From positions 480,001-544,000 of the forward strand of contig CAWAMW010000016.1 of NCBI GenBank assembly GCA_963783305.1: 64,000 bases of DNA, written 5' to 3'. The notes beneath the pieces are model-generated. The model was not told where the DNA came from and ran no database searches. It saw nothing but the letters and a program-made list of their open reading frames with translations. A program made the position numbers and the translations under genes. Shown here piece after piece: positions 16,947 to 26,272 of this stretch. Each line of letters starts with the position of its first letter. The first letter of the stretch is position 1. This stretch comes from an uncultured Gemmatimonadales bacterium. GTDB taxonomy: Bacteria > Gemmatimonadota > Gemmatimonadetes > Longimicrobiales > RSA9.

Positions 16947-18002
16947 TTGGGAGATGGCTTGAAGCGCTTCGGACGCGTTCACCTGGGGGCCTGGGCACTG
17001 CTCACCCTGCTGCCCCCCGCCGGCTCCCTGGCCGCGCAGACGGCTGTGGTGGCCGTGGACGAGGAAAACTTCCGCGCGGCTCCATCGGGCGACGTTCTCG
17101 CGACGCTGCTGCGGGGCACCTCGCTGGCCATCGGTGAGGCCCGGGGTCCGTGGCGCGAGGCGACCGTGGAAGGGTGGATCTGGGGCCGCTCCGTCCGTGA
17201 GCAGCAGCGCGAGGAGCTGAACCTGCTGGTGAACGCCAGCGGCGAGAATCTTCGGGCGAGCCCGAACGGTGAGCGGATCGGCAGAGCGGCGGGAGGCATG
17301 CTACTGCAGCGGCTGGAGACCCGGGGCAACTGGCTCCGCGTCCGGCGGACTGGCTGGATCTGGTCCGAGTCCATCACACTGGTCGACGACTCCGCCTCCG
17401 CCGCACGCCGGCCGGCCGGGGAGCCGCCCGCCGGGGAGCCGGCCCCCACGGCGTCGCCCGCCCCTCCGCCGTCCACCACCCGCACGAGCAGGCATTTCGA
17501 GGCGGTCAGGGAGGACGCGGTCCTGCTGGACAACGCGGCCGGCGATACCGTTGCGCGTCTCTGGCCGGAGACGACGGTGGAGGTGCTAGCCCAAGAGGGG
17601 GAGTGGACGCGTGTGCGGCTCGAGGGCTGGGTTCTCAGCGGCGCGTTCGTGGCGGGTGACGGCGGCTCGACCGCAGTGCTCCGCCAGATCTCGCGCGACT
17701 CTCTCCAGGCACACCCGAACCTCTACCGCGGTCGGCTCCTGGAATGGACCCTCCAGTTCATCGCGCTCCAGGAGGCGGAGCGATTCCGTACCGACTTCAT
17801 TCCGGGTGAGCCGTTCATGCTGACGCGGGGCCCCGGTGACGACTCCGGCTTCGTCTACGTCGCAGTGGGGGGAGAGCTCCTGGAACGCGTCCGGTCCCTC
17901 TCCCCGCTGCAGCAGGTGCGGGTACTGGCGCGGGTCCGAAGCGTCCGATCGTCTCTGACCGGAGCCCCCGTCCTGGACCTGCTCGAGATCACGGGTCGCT
18001 GA
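16947..18002 (+). CDS. secreted protein with three bacterial SH3-like repeats and a C-terminal OB-fold-like domain
   Basis: Signal peptide; repeated EN(F/L)RAxPxG...GxWxxV...GW(I/V) motifs. Confidence 0.7.
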   Translation: MGDGLKRFGRVHLGAWALLTLLPPAGSLAAQTAVVAVDEENFRAAPSGDVLATLLRGTSLAIGEARGPWREATVEGWIWGRSVREQQREELNLLVNASGENLRASPNGERIGRAAGGMLLQRLETRGNWLRVRRTGWIWSESITLVDDSASAARRPAGEPPAGEPAPTASPAPPPSTTRTSRHFEAVREDAVLLDNAAGDTVARLWPETTVEVLAQEGEWTRVRLEGWVLSGAFVAGDGGSTAVLRQISRDSLQAHPNLYRGRLLEWTLQFIALQEAERFRTDFIPGEPFMLTRGPGDDSGFVYVAVGGELLERVRSLSPLQQVRVLARVRSVRSSLTGAPVLDLLEITGR

Positions 18003-18924
18003 CGACGGCCGCGCTGTCGGCAGTGGCGGTAAAGGCCGCGAGAACCGGCGCACCTTCGAACTCAGCGGGCACGGGCACCCCGAGCAGCCACAGCGCCGTG
18101 GCCGCTGTATCCATGGTCCGCACTCCCTCGGGTCGACCCTCCGTTGCGACCCCCTGCCCGTACACGATCCAGGGGATGGTCGTGTCCTCGAGAGCGTCGG
18201 TGCCGTGGTTGCGGCCGTGCCCGCCGTGGTCTGCGGTGACGATCAGCGTATACTTGCCCGATCCGTACGTCTCGTCCGCCGCTTCGATGATGCTGGCCAC
18301 TCCCGCGTCGGCGCGGCGCGCGGCCAGGCCATAGAAGAACCCCATCCAGCCCGCGCCGTGACCGGCGTAATCCGTTTCCCCGATATGGACGAAGAGCAGG
18401 TTCGGCCGCCGGTGCCTGAGGTACTGGATGGCTGCGGGGACGGTCCGGGTCGCCATCCAGTTGTCGGAATTGAACGCCGGCGCCTGCCGGTAGTCGTAGG
18501 AGCCGGGGCGGTCCAGGTGCCGGAACTTGGCTTTGCTGTAGAATGCGGCGGTCGTGAGTCCGGCGTCGTGCGCGAGCTCGAACATCGTGGGCACGTGCAC
18601 GACGTCTTCCTCCGCGAGAGCGCGGTTGAACGTGATCCCGTGGACGTCCGGGGTTCTGCCCGTGATCATGGAGGTGTGCGACGGCAGCGTCTTGCTGGGC
18701 AGGATCGTCTGCGCGTTCAGTGTATAGCTTCCGGTTTCGAGCAGGCGCTGGAGAGTCGCCAGATCGAATGTCGCGATTGCGTCCGGCCGCAGCCCGTCGA
18801 TCGAGATCACGATCACATGACTCGTACGGGCGGTGTCGGTCGAAACCGGCGTCGCGGCCGCGGCCGGAACCGTCGCCATGAGCAGCCCCAGCGCCAGCAG
18901 CATTACCGCAAGCAATCGTTCCAT
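17989..18924 (-). CDS. alkaline phosphatase superfamily / nucleotide pyrophosphatase-phosphodiesterase, secreted
   Basis: VIVISIDGLRPD, SKTLPSHTSMITG, DYAGH and TADHGG motifs. Confidence 0.88.
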   Translation of the reverse strand: MERLLAVMLLALGLLMATVPAAAATPVSTDTARTSHVIVISIDGLRPDAIATFDLATLQRLLETGSYTLNAQTILPSKTLPSHTSMITGRTPDVHGITFNRALAEEDVVHVPTMFELAHDAGLTTAAFYSKAKFRHLDRPGSYDYRQAPAFNSDNWMATRTVPAAIQYLRHRRPNLLFVHIGETDYAGHGAGWMGFFYGLAARRADAGVASIIEAADETYGSGKYTLIVTADHGGHGRNHGTDALEDTTIPWIVYGQGVATEGRPEGVRTMDTAATALWLLGVPVPAEFEGAPVLAAFTATADSAAVVSDP

Positions 18925-18946
18925 CCGTCGTCATCCCCCCTGTCGG

Positions 18947-19960
18947 TCAGCGGACCGGTTCCAGTCGCCGATTCGGGCGGAAGCGCCGGCCCGTCTTCGC
19001 CATGGGCTCGCCCTCGAGCCGCACCACGTCGGCGGTGAAATCGTATCGGTCCCGGACCAGGGATGATCCGACTCCATAGGAATCGACGGGGACCCGGCGG
19101 TCCTCGAACTGCCGGATCTTGGCCACCGTAAATCCGCCTGAGGCAACAATCTGCACATTATTGAACCCCTCACGATCGAGGGCGTTCCTCACGTTGTGAA
19201 CGAGCTGGGGGTTCACACCCCGGGGATCGAAGTCACCCATCTGCGACCGGACCGATTCGTCCACGAGGGTCTCGGAGGTGTCCAGGCGCACGCCGTACAG
19301 GCGGTCGCCGAGGACCCGGGCCAGTTCGAGGGCTGTGCGGACGGAGTCGTTCTCGAAGTCCACCAGCGCGATCACCCGGACATCCTCCGGCATGTGGCGC
19401 GCGAATGCAGTCGTGGTGCGAACCGTGTCGCCTCCATAGGCGGCGATCAGGGCGTGCGGCACCGTACCGAGTCCCTCCGACCCCCACCAGGACGCCTGCG
19501 CGTCGGTGGACACGCCGATGGCTCCGGCGATGTGGGCGGCGTATCCATCGCCGGTCTGGACCAGCCAGTGGTCGTGCCGGGCGGGGAAGAACAACACCGA
19601 TTTCGGCCAGGCCGCTTCCACCACCTTCCGTGTATTGGTGGCGATGGAGGTGCGGCGCGAGAGCACGCCGACGTAAAGCGTCTCCAGGTGCGCGAACGCG
19701 CTGTACGGCCCCTGGATCTGGAGGACGGGCTCCCACGGCTCGACGGGGTCACCGTCGTGGAGCGCCAGGACTTCGAGGTCCTCCCACGCGTAGCCTTCGG
19801 TCAGGCACTGCTTCAGAATGGCGATCGCCTCATCCATCCCGCCGAGCCACGCCCGCTTCTTCTGGAAGACCTGCATGGTCACGACCGGATCGTGCCCATC
19901 GGCCTGGAGCACGTCACGGGCACGGACGAAGTACTTGTCGGAGTAGTAGCCGCTCCGCAT
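18947..19960 (-). CDS. pncB: nicotinate phosphoribosyltransferase (NAPRTase/QPRTase fold); true start uncertain, possibly frameshifted
   Basis: YYSDKYF, FFPARHDH, GTVPHALI, LVDFEND, GVRLDTS, ASGGF, YGVGS and DFTADVV motifs. Confidence 0.8.
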   Translation of the reverse strand: MRSGYYSDKYFVRARDVLQADGHDPVVTMQVFQKKRAWLGGMDEAIAILKQCLTEGYAWEDLEVLALHDGDPVEPWEPVLQIQGPYSAFAHLETLYVGVLSRRTSIATNTRKVVEAAWPKSVLFFPARHDHWLVQTGDGYAAHIAGAIGVSTDAQASWWGSEGLGTVPHALIAAYGGDTVRTTTAFARHMPEDVRVIALVDFENDSVRTALELARVLGDRLYGVRLDTSETLVDESVRSQMGDFDPRGVNPQLVHNVRNALDREGFNNVQIVASGGFTVAKIRQFEDRRVPVDSYGVGSSLVRDRYDFTADVVRLEGEPMAKTGRRFRPNRRLEPVR

Positions 19961-20285
19961 CCGCTCGACCGGGAGATGGAAGATGGACGGGTCGAGGCGC
20001 TCCGTGACCCGGAGCGCGGCGGCGGCGGCGCGGCGCCGGTGTGGTCGGCGGGTTGCTGGCTCACGATCGCTCCTGTGGGCGGTGCTGGGGGAAGCCGCGT
20101 CGTGCCGGTTGGGACGGAGGGCCCAACGAGCGTAGCGAACGAGGCGCCGGATCGCCAGGCCGGTCCCGGCGCCGCAGGGGAGCGGCGGAGCGAACGGTCG
20201 CTGCGCTCCATCTTTCCCCAGCCCAGCCGCCGTAGCTGGAAGCCCAGGCGCGTGCCCCGTCCCGTCGACGCCGCGCGCAGCGCGG

Positions 20286-20428
20286 TCGCCTCGCGCAAAG
20301 CGCGGGCGATCGACCCCCCGCGCCAGCGGGGTCCTCGGGAAGCGAAGCGCCCCACGAGAATCGACCCCCGCGCCAGCGGGTCCCGCAGGGAGCGGAGCGA
20401 CCGCAGGGATCGACCCTCGACCCGCGCC
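20286..20428. repeat. REP/BIME-like cluster: ATCGACCC(C)CCGCGCCAGCGGG(G)TCC palindromic units alternating with other hairpins
   Basis: Copies at 20309-20334 and 20360-20383, partial copy from 20409; period about 50 nt. Confidence 0.65.
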
Positions 20429-20448
20429 TCCGACCTCTTCAGCCCCTG

Positions 20449-21453
20449 CTAGGGCGCCGCCTCGGGTGCGGAGGCCGGATCGGTCTCGACCCCCGCGGCC
20501 CGGCGAACCAGCGAGATCCCGCCGATGACGACGACCGCCCCCGTCACCTGCCACACATTGGGCACCTCCCCGAGCATCGGCCACGCGATGAAGATGGTGA
20601 GGATCGGCACGAGGTTCCCGATCGCGGCCGTCCTGGTGTTGCCGATGGTCTGCACGCCCCGGTACCACAGGAGGTAGGAGACGCCGAGACCCAGGAGCCC
20701 GGCATACGCCACGCTCGCCCAGGCCACGGGCGGGACCCCCGAATGGAGCCCGGCCACGTCCGGGATCCCCGCGAGGAGGAGGAGCACAGCCCCGGCCCAC
20801 AGGGTCCAACTCGTGACGAACACCGAGCCGTATTTCATGATCAGGTCCCGTACGCCCACTGTGTAGGTCGCCCAGACCATGGATGCCGCGATCATCAGCA
20901 GGTCGCCGGTCAGCGTGTCCGTACCGAACGCGAGCCCCGATCCGCCGCTCGCCACGACCATCGTGACCCCCGCCACCGCGATGGCGATTCCCACCCAGGC
21001 CAGCGGGCGGATCCGTTCATGGCCGAGCCAGGCCGTGCCGGCCGCAATAAAGACAGGCGACAGGTTCAGGAGCACGCTCGCGTTGCCCGCCCGGGAGCGC
21101 GCGAGTCCCGAAATGAAGAGGAGCTGGTAGAGGAAGTTGCCGACGACGCCCAGGATGAGGATCCGGGCCCGGTCGCCGGGGTCCGGCAGGCGGAGGCGGC
21201 CGCTCCGGAACAGGACGACCGCCAGGAAGACGGCCGCGAGAGGAAAGCGCAGGGCGTTGAACCCGTAGGGCGGAATCGACGCCAGACCGATCTTGATGAT
21301 CGAGAAGTTCAAGGCCCACAGCAGGACCAGGAGGAGCAGGCCGGCTTCGGCCTGCCGCGTTCCGGTGTGGGCCGGGTCGTGGGTGTGCGCGCCAGGGCTC
21401 ATGAGGGCCGGAAGATCCCGACCGGTTCGCTCGATCGCAAGGCCGGGCTCCAC
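20449..21453 (-). CDS. DMT/EamA family transporter
   Basis: About 10 hydrophobic segments; LLWALNF, ALRF, LGHER, GDLL and LGE motifs; alternative start ATG 21402. Confidence 0.9.
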   Translation of the reverse strand: MEPGLAIERTGRDLPALMSPGAHTHDPAHTGTRQAEAGLLLLVLLWALNFSIIKIGLASIPPYGFNALRFPLAAVFLAVVLFRSGRLRLPDPGDRARILILGVVGNFLYQLLFISGLARSRAGNASVLLNLSPVFIAAGTAWLGHERIRPLAWVGIAIAVAGVTMVVASGGSGLAFGTDTLTGDLLMIAASMVWATYTVGVRDLIMKYGSVFVTSWTLWAGAVLLLLAGIPDVAGLHSGVPPVAWASVAYAGLLGLGVSYLLWYRGVQTIGNTRTAAIGNLVPILTIFIAWPMLGEVPNVWQVTGAVVVIGGISLVRRAAGVETDPASAPEAAP

Positions 21454-21575
21454 TTCGCCGCCTCTGCGCCGGACGACACGGAGCCGCGGGCCGGCAAGGG
21501 TGGACTTCGGCTTGCGGCCCCCGGGAACCGCGGGCTAACTTCGCGCGGGAAAGAGGCAGACCGATGGAGGGTGCG

Positions 21576-21851
21576 ATGGTAGCCGCAGTGGTGCTGATCC
21601 GCGCCGAGCGGGATGCGATCCCGACGGCGGCCCGGCAGGTGGCGGGAATCGAGGGCGTGGCCGAGGTCTACTCCGTTTCGGGGGAGTGGGACCTGATCGC
21701 AATCGTGCGAGTCCCCGAGTGGGAGCAGATCGCCGAAGTGGTAACGGAGCGAGTGGCGCGGGTCGAGGGGCTGGAGCGGACGGAGACGCTCGTCGCCTTC
21801 CGGGTGTATTCCAATCGGGACCTGGATGCCGCATACGAGATGTTCGACTGA
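21576..21851 (+). CDS. stand-alone Lrp/AsnC ligand-binding (RAM) domain protein
   Basis: GVAEVYSVSGEWDLIAIVRV...GLERTETL motif; GGAGG RBS. Confidence 0.88.
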   Translation: MVAAVVLIRAERDAIPTAARQVAGIEGVAEVYSVSGEWDLIAIVRVPEWEQIAEVVTERVARVEGLERTETLVAFRVYSNRDLDAAYEMFD

Positions 21852-21860
21852 GGAGAGCCG

Positions 21861-22631
21861 ATGGCGGGTATGATGGAGGGGAAGCGGGTCATGGTGTTCG
21901 GTGTGGCCAACGAGCGTAGCATCGCGTGGGGCATCGCTCAGGCCATGCACGCGCAGGGCGCTCGCCTGGGATTCAACTACCTCGGCGACGCGCTCGAGCG
22001 GCGGGTCCGGCCCCTGGCCGAGACCGTCGACGCTGACCTCGTGCTGCCCTGCGATGTCTCCGACGCCGCACAGGTTTCCGAAACCTTCCAGGCAATCAAC
22101 GAGAAGTGGGGCGGGCTCGATGTCCTGGTCCATTCCGTGGCCTGGGCGAACAAGGATGACCTGAACGGCCGCTTCAGCGACACCGACCGGGACGGGTTCC
22201 TCCGGGCGCTGGAGATCAGCGCCTACTCGCTCGTCCACCTGGCCCGGGAAGCCCGGCCGCTCATGGCTGAGGGCGGCAGCGTCATCACGATGACGTATTA
22301 CGGCGCGGAGAAGGTAGTGAAGAACTACAACGTGATGGGCGTCGCCAAGGCCACGCTCGAGGCGTCCGTGCGGTACCTGGCCGCCGACCTCGGCCCCGAA
22401 GGGATCCGGGTCAACGCCGTCAGCGCCGGTCCCATCAAGACACTGGCGGCGTCCGGCGTGCGCGATTTCAGAAAGCTCATGAGCATGGCCGAAGAGCGGT
22501 CGCCGCTCCGCCGGAACGTGACCCAGGACGAGGTGGGGAACGCGGCCGTGTTCCTGTGCTCCGACATGGGCGGTGGCATCACCGGCGAGGTCCTGCACGT
22601 GGACGCCGGCTACAACATCCTCGGGCATTGA
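21861..22631 (+). CDS. fabI: enoyl-ACP reductase
   Basis: GVANERSIAWGIA, YNVMGVAKATLE, RVNAVSAGPIKTLA and HVDAGY motifs. Confidence 0.96.
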   Translation: MAGMMEGKRVMVFGVANERSIAWGIAQAMHAQGARLGFNYLGDALERRVRPLAETVDADLVLPCDVSDAAQVSETFQAINEKWGGLDVLVHSVAWANKDDLNGRFSDTDRDGFLRALEISAYSLVHLAREARPLMAEGGSVITMTYYGAEKVVKNYNVMGVAKATLEASVRYLAADLGPEGIRVNAVSAGPIKTLAASGVRDFRKLMSMAEERSPLRRNVTQDEVGNAAVFLCSDMGGGITGEVLHVDAGYNILGH

Positions 22632-22645
22632 TCAGGGAGAGACTG

Positions 22646-22876
22646 GTGCGTCGCTATACGGACCCCCGGGGTCGGACCTGGGACGTGGTGGTTGGCCGGG
22701 AGTCGTTCGGAGCGCTCTACGCGCTCTTCGTCCCGGCCGCCGAGACCCGCGCCGAGACCCGGCAGACGCTCCTCCAGTCGGACTCGCAGACGGCGGCGCG
22801 CGAATCCCTCGGCGCCATGTCCGATGACGAGCTGAACGAGCTTTTCGACCGATCGGAACCGAAGAGACTGCAATGA
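22646..22876 (+). CDS. small hypothetical protein (76 aa)
   Basis: GGGAGA RBS and GTG start right after fabI; ATGA overlap with the next gene. Confidence 0.7.
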   Translation: MRRYTDPRGRTWDVVVGRESFGALYALFVPAAETRAETRQTLLQSDSQTAARESLGAMSDDELNELFDRSEPKRLQ

Positions 22877-23190
22877 AGACGTTCATGGGCGAGGACGGCC
22901 GGGCGTGGACCGCCACGGCCCTGGAGGAGGATACCCCGCGCCACCACGGACGGTGGTATCTGGCGCTCCACCCAGAGGACTCCCCGGAGCGGCCGCTCGC
23001 TGTGCCCGAGATCCGCTGGAAGACGAGGGCCACGGCGAAGCGAACTCTCCACTCAATGTCGGACTTCGAGCTCCGGCGCCGGCTGCGCATCGCCGCCCGC
23101 CGACACCAGACGCCCGGCCTGGAGCGCGACGCGTTCGGGGACTGGAAGGACGCCGCACCCGGGGCCAGGGGCGGGACGGCGGCGGGCTGA
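22873..23190 (+). CDS. small hypothetical protein (105 aa), apparent paralog of the upstream gene
   Basis: ATGA coupling; shared (F/Y)xxxxGRxW...MSDxEL pattern. Confidence 0.7.
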   Translation: MKTFMGEDGRAWTATALEEDTPRHHGRWYLALHPEDSPERPLAVPEIRWKTRATAKRTLHSMSDFELRRRLRIAARRHQTPGLERDAFGDWKDAAPGARGGTAAG

Positions 23191-23198
23191 GCACGCGC

Positions 23199-24245
23199 GT
23201 GGACGCCAGTACGGACGCCATCGCGGCGGCCGCCCGAGAGGTTCGATCCGAGTTCGCGCCCGACGCACGCGTCGAGATCTTCACCAGCCACACCAGCAGC
23301 GACGCAGGCGCGCCGAGAGTGACCGTCGAGACCACACTCCCCAGCGCGGCGCTGGCCTTCGCTCGCCGCCTGAAGGATGTGGGGGTGGAGGCCGACCTCC
23401 ACGTCTCGATCCTGCCCGATCCCATGCTCCAGCCCCGCAGTGAGGCACTGGTGCGCTCGTCGGTGGCGCCGGTGTACCGCCGCGCCACCATGAACTCCAC
23501 CCTCCTTACCCAATACCCGCTGGGCGCGCGCGTCACGCTCCTCAACCGCCACCGCCAGTTCTGGCGGGTGCGCGGCGAGGACGGCCACCTGGGCTGGATT
23601 CACCGGGGATACCTGCAGAGAGGGGAGCCGGAGTGGGCGCTTGCGTGGGAGCGGTCGGAGGGGGGAGAGCCGGCCGTATCGCTGGGAGCGCACCTCGAGG
23701 ACGAGGCGGGCCCATTCGCCCGCCTCCCCTGGGGCGCCCGCGTGATCCAGCAGTCGGCGGGCAGGATCCTCCTGCCGGACGGACGGACCGGCAAGCTCGG
23801 GAGCGGCGAGCTGGTCCCCACGGATCGGCTCCGGGACCACTTTCCCCCGCGAGGCAGGAGCGTGACACGGTCGGCTCGCCGGTGGCTGGGCGTCCACTAC
23901 CTGTGGGGCGGCGTTACCCCGTGCGGCGTGGACTGCTCGGGCCTGGTGCAGTCGGTATACTGGATGCACGGGGTGGCGCTGCCGCGCGACTCCGACATGC
24001 AGCGGAAGATCGGCGAGGAGGTGGACGCGGGACCCGACTGGGACGGCCTCCGTGCGGGTGACCTGGTCTTCTTTGCCGAGCAGGGGCGGGTCAACCACGT
24101 GGCGCTGTCGCTCGGTGGAAGTCACATCATCCACGCGTCCGCCAGCAACGGAGGGGTCGAGGTCAACGACCTCGTGGGGGAGCGAGACCTCGAGCAACGA
24201 CTCCGCTCCGTCTACGTGGGCGCCCGCCGGCTCCTGCCCGACTGA
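23199..24245 (+). CDS. NlpC/P60 (C40) peptidoglycan peptidase with SH3b domain
   Basis: YLWGGVTPCGVDCSGLV, LPRDSDMQ, GDLVFF, HVAL and HAS motifs. Confidence 0.88.
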   Translation: MDASTDAIAAAAREVRSEFAPDARVEIFTSHTSSDAGAPRVTVETTLPSAALAFARRLKDVGVEADLHVSILPDPMLQPRSEALVRSSVAPVYRRATMNSTLLTQYPLGARVTLLNRHRQFWRVRGEDGHLGWIHRGYLQRGEPEWALAWERSEGGEPAVSLGAHLEDEAGPFARLPWGARVIQQSAGRILLPDGRTGKLGSGELVPTDRLRDHFPPRGRSVTRSARRWLGVHYLWGGVTPCGVDCSGLVQSVYWMHGVALPRDSDMQRKIGEEVDAGPDWDGLRAGDLVFFAEQGRVNHVALSLGGSHIIHASASNGGVEVNDLVGERDLEQRLRSVYVGARRLLPD

Positions 24246-24284
24246 AGACCTCCGAGACCGAGCCGGGAGTCTTTCGGTCGCCCT

Positions 24285-26102
24285 TCAGCCGGACCCGGGA
24301 ATCGTCAGCGACTGGCCGGGCATGAGCCTGCGGTCGTTCACCCCGGGGTTCGCCTCCCGGATCGCTCCCACCGTCGTGTCCTTGCGTCTGGCGATCCCTT
24401 CCAGCGTGTCGCCCCGCTTGATCACGTACTTCGTGGTGGCGGACGGCGAGGTCTCCTCTGCCGCGTCCGCGGCATCGGATTGCGCTGTGCCTCCCGCAGA
24501 GGCCACAGGCCTCTCTGCCGGCGCCGAGGCCCCAACGGTGTCCGTCCGCAGGTTCCGGCCGCCCCTCGCGAGGCGTGCGGACGCCGGGCGATCGAAAGAC
24601 GCGAGGCGGGCACCGATACGGTCTTCGACGCGTTTGGCCGTCCACGTGGACGGGATGTCGTTCGACACGATCGAGAAGGCCAGCCGTTCACCGTTGCTCG
24701 CGTCTACGTATCCCGACAGCGCCGAAACGCGATCGATGGTCCCGGTCTTCGCGCGCAGGTTCCCCGCGGCGGGAGTGCTCTGCATGCGGCGGAGCCCCCG
24801 GGACGTGGCCGCTTCCGGTAGAGAGGCCATGTACGCTTCGCTGTACGGTGAATCCGCCATGAACGCGAGCAGCTCCACGATCGCGCGGGCGCTCGTACGA
24901 TCCAGCAGCGAGAGGCCGGAGCCGTCATCCATGGCCAATACCGCCCCCGTCGCCGGTCCCGCCTTCTCCAGGAACGCCAGCACCGCGGCTTCACCGCCCT
25001 TCACCGAGCCATGGCCGGTCGCGACCCGGCCCACGGTCCGAAGGACCGCGTCGGCATACTGGTTGTGGCTCCGCTGGTTGATGACGTTCAGGATCTCCTG
25101 GAGCGGGGGCGACCGGTGGACCGCCAGCACCTGGATAACCCCGTCCTCGTCCGTCGCCGGGGCGAAGACCTGCTGGTCGGTGATGGGCGACGATTCGGCA
25201 GGGTCGAGTGCCCGGAACTCGCCCCCCAGGGTGATCCCACGCTCCCGCAGGATCTCCGCCAGCACCGACACGGCGAAGCGCGCCGGATCCACCACGGGGA
25301 CCGCTCGCCACTCCGCGGCCGCACCCTGCCTCACGTTGCCCGTCAGTACCGTGGGAGCCCCGTAGTCCTCCCGTTCGACCCGCACGTGCGAGCGCCCAGA
25401 CGTGGTCGTGGACGCCTCATTCACGATAGGGATCTCGCCCCCCGGTATGAACTGCACGTTCGGCGCGGTGCCCGCCTCATCGGCGGCCGTCACACGCATG
25501 GTCACCACGTTCTCGTTGTACGAGAGGGCGCTCGCCGGCGCGGCGTAGGTATGCGTCACGTACGTCTGCTCCCACCCCTCGCCCACACCGGAACCCTCGA
25601 AGTACGACGCGTCCCCCACGAGGTCCCCGGTGATCTCCCGGACGCCCACGGCGGCAAGCGAGTCCGCCAACGCCTCCCATACCGCCGTCTTGCTCTCGAA
25701 GAAGCGGTCCGACAGCGTTGGATCGCCCGTGCCGTACACGTAGAGGTCGCCCTCGACAACGCCGTTGCGGACGGGCCCCGTGGCCGTCAGGAACGTGGAG
25801 TACCGGTAGTCCGCCCCGAGGTAATGCAGCGCGGCGGCCGTGGTGAACAGCTTCAGGTTGGAAGCGGGGAGTACCGGCGCTTCTGGCCGGTGTGAGAACA
25901 GCGTGTCACCGGCATCGAGCGAAACCACGAGGACGCTCCAGCGGTCCGGGTCCCAGCCCGGGGCTGCGATGGCCTTGTTCAGTTCGGAGACGAGGTCCTG
26001 ATTGGGCGGCGCGGCCGCATCCGAGTATCCCGGGCGCGGGTTGGCCACGCCCAGGGCGTGGACCAGGAGGACCGCGGCGGCGGCGGGTACAATCGCTTTC
26101 AT
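24285..26102 (-). CDS. dacB: D-Ala-D-Ala carboxypeptidase/endopeptidase (PBP4, S13) with C-terminal LysM
   Basis: PASNLK, GTGDPTL, SHN, DGSGLS and AKTGT motifs; YVIKRGDTLEGIA...LMPGQSLTIP LysM. Confidence 0.92.
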   Translation of the reverse strand: MKAIVPAAAAVLLVHALGVANPRPGYSDAAAPPNQDLVSELNKAIAAPGWDPDRWSVLVVSLDAGDTLFSHRPEAPVLPASNLKLFTTAAALHYLGADYRYSTFLTATGPVRNGVVEGDLYVYGTGDPTLSDRFFESKTAVWEALADSLAAVGVREITGDLVGDASYFEGSGVGEGWEQTYVTHTYAAPASALSYNENVVTMRVTAADEAGTAPNVQFIPGGEIPIVNEASTTTSGRSHVRVEREDYGAPTVLTGNVRQGAAAEWRAVPVVDPARFAVSVLAEILRERGITLGGEFRALDPAESSPITDQQVFAPATDEDGVIQVLAVHRSPPLQEILNVINQRSHNQYADAVLRTVGRVATGHGSVKGGEAAVLAFLEKAGPATGAVLAMDDGSGLSLLDRTSARAIVELLAFMADSPYSEAYMASLPEAATSRGLRRMQSTPAAGNLRAKTGTIDRVSALSGYVDASNGERLAFSIVSNDIPSTWTAKRVEDRIGARLASFDRPASARLARGGRNLRTDTVGASAPAERPVASAGGTAQSDAADAAEETSPSATTKYVIKRGDTLEGIARRKDTTVGAIREANPGVNDRRLMPGQSLTIPGSG

Positions 26103-26272
26103 GCAGCTCCGAAGTGAGCGATTCGCGGGTGTTTTCCTGTCCGATGGATTTGCAAGGTTGAGACCACGCCGGATAATGGCGGGACGAGCGCGGCCGCCGG
26201 GCCTCCCCCGGCGGCGGGGCTGCCGTTCCCCATTGCATCGCGGCGCTGGAGGACGTGGAATATATTGCCGTG

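Noticed and set aside
20309..20428. CRISPR array
   Set aside because: Only two full repeats of unequal length, the ~25-nt spacers are palindromic and related to each other, and there are no cas genes in the window.
20065..20809. N-terminal extension of the 620-aa ORF 18947-20809
   Set aside because: It overlaps the DMT gene and the palindrome cluster and translates to low-complexity R/G/A sequence.
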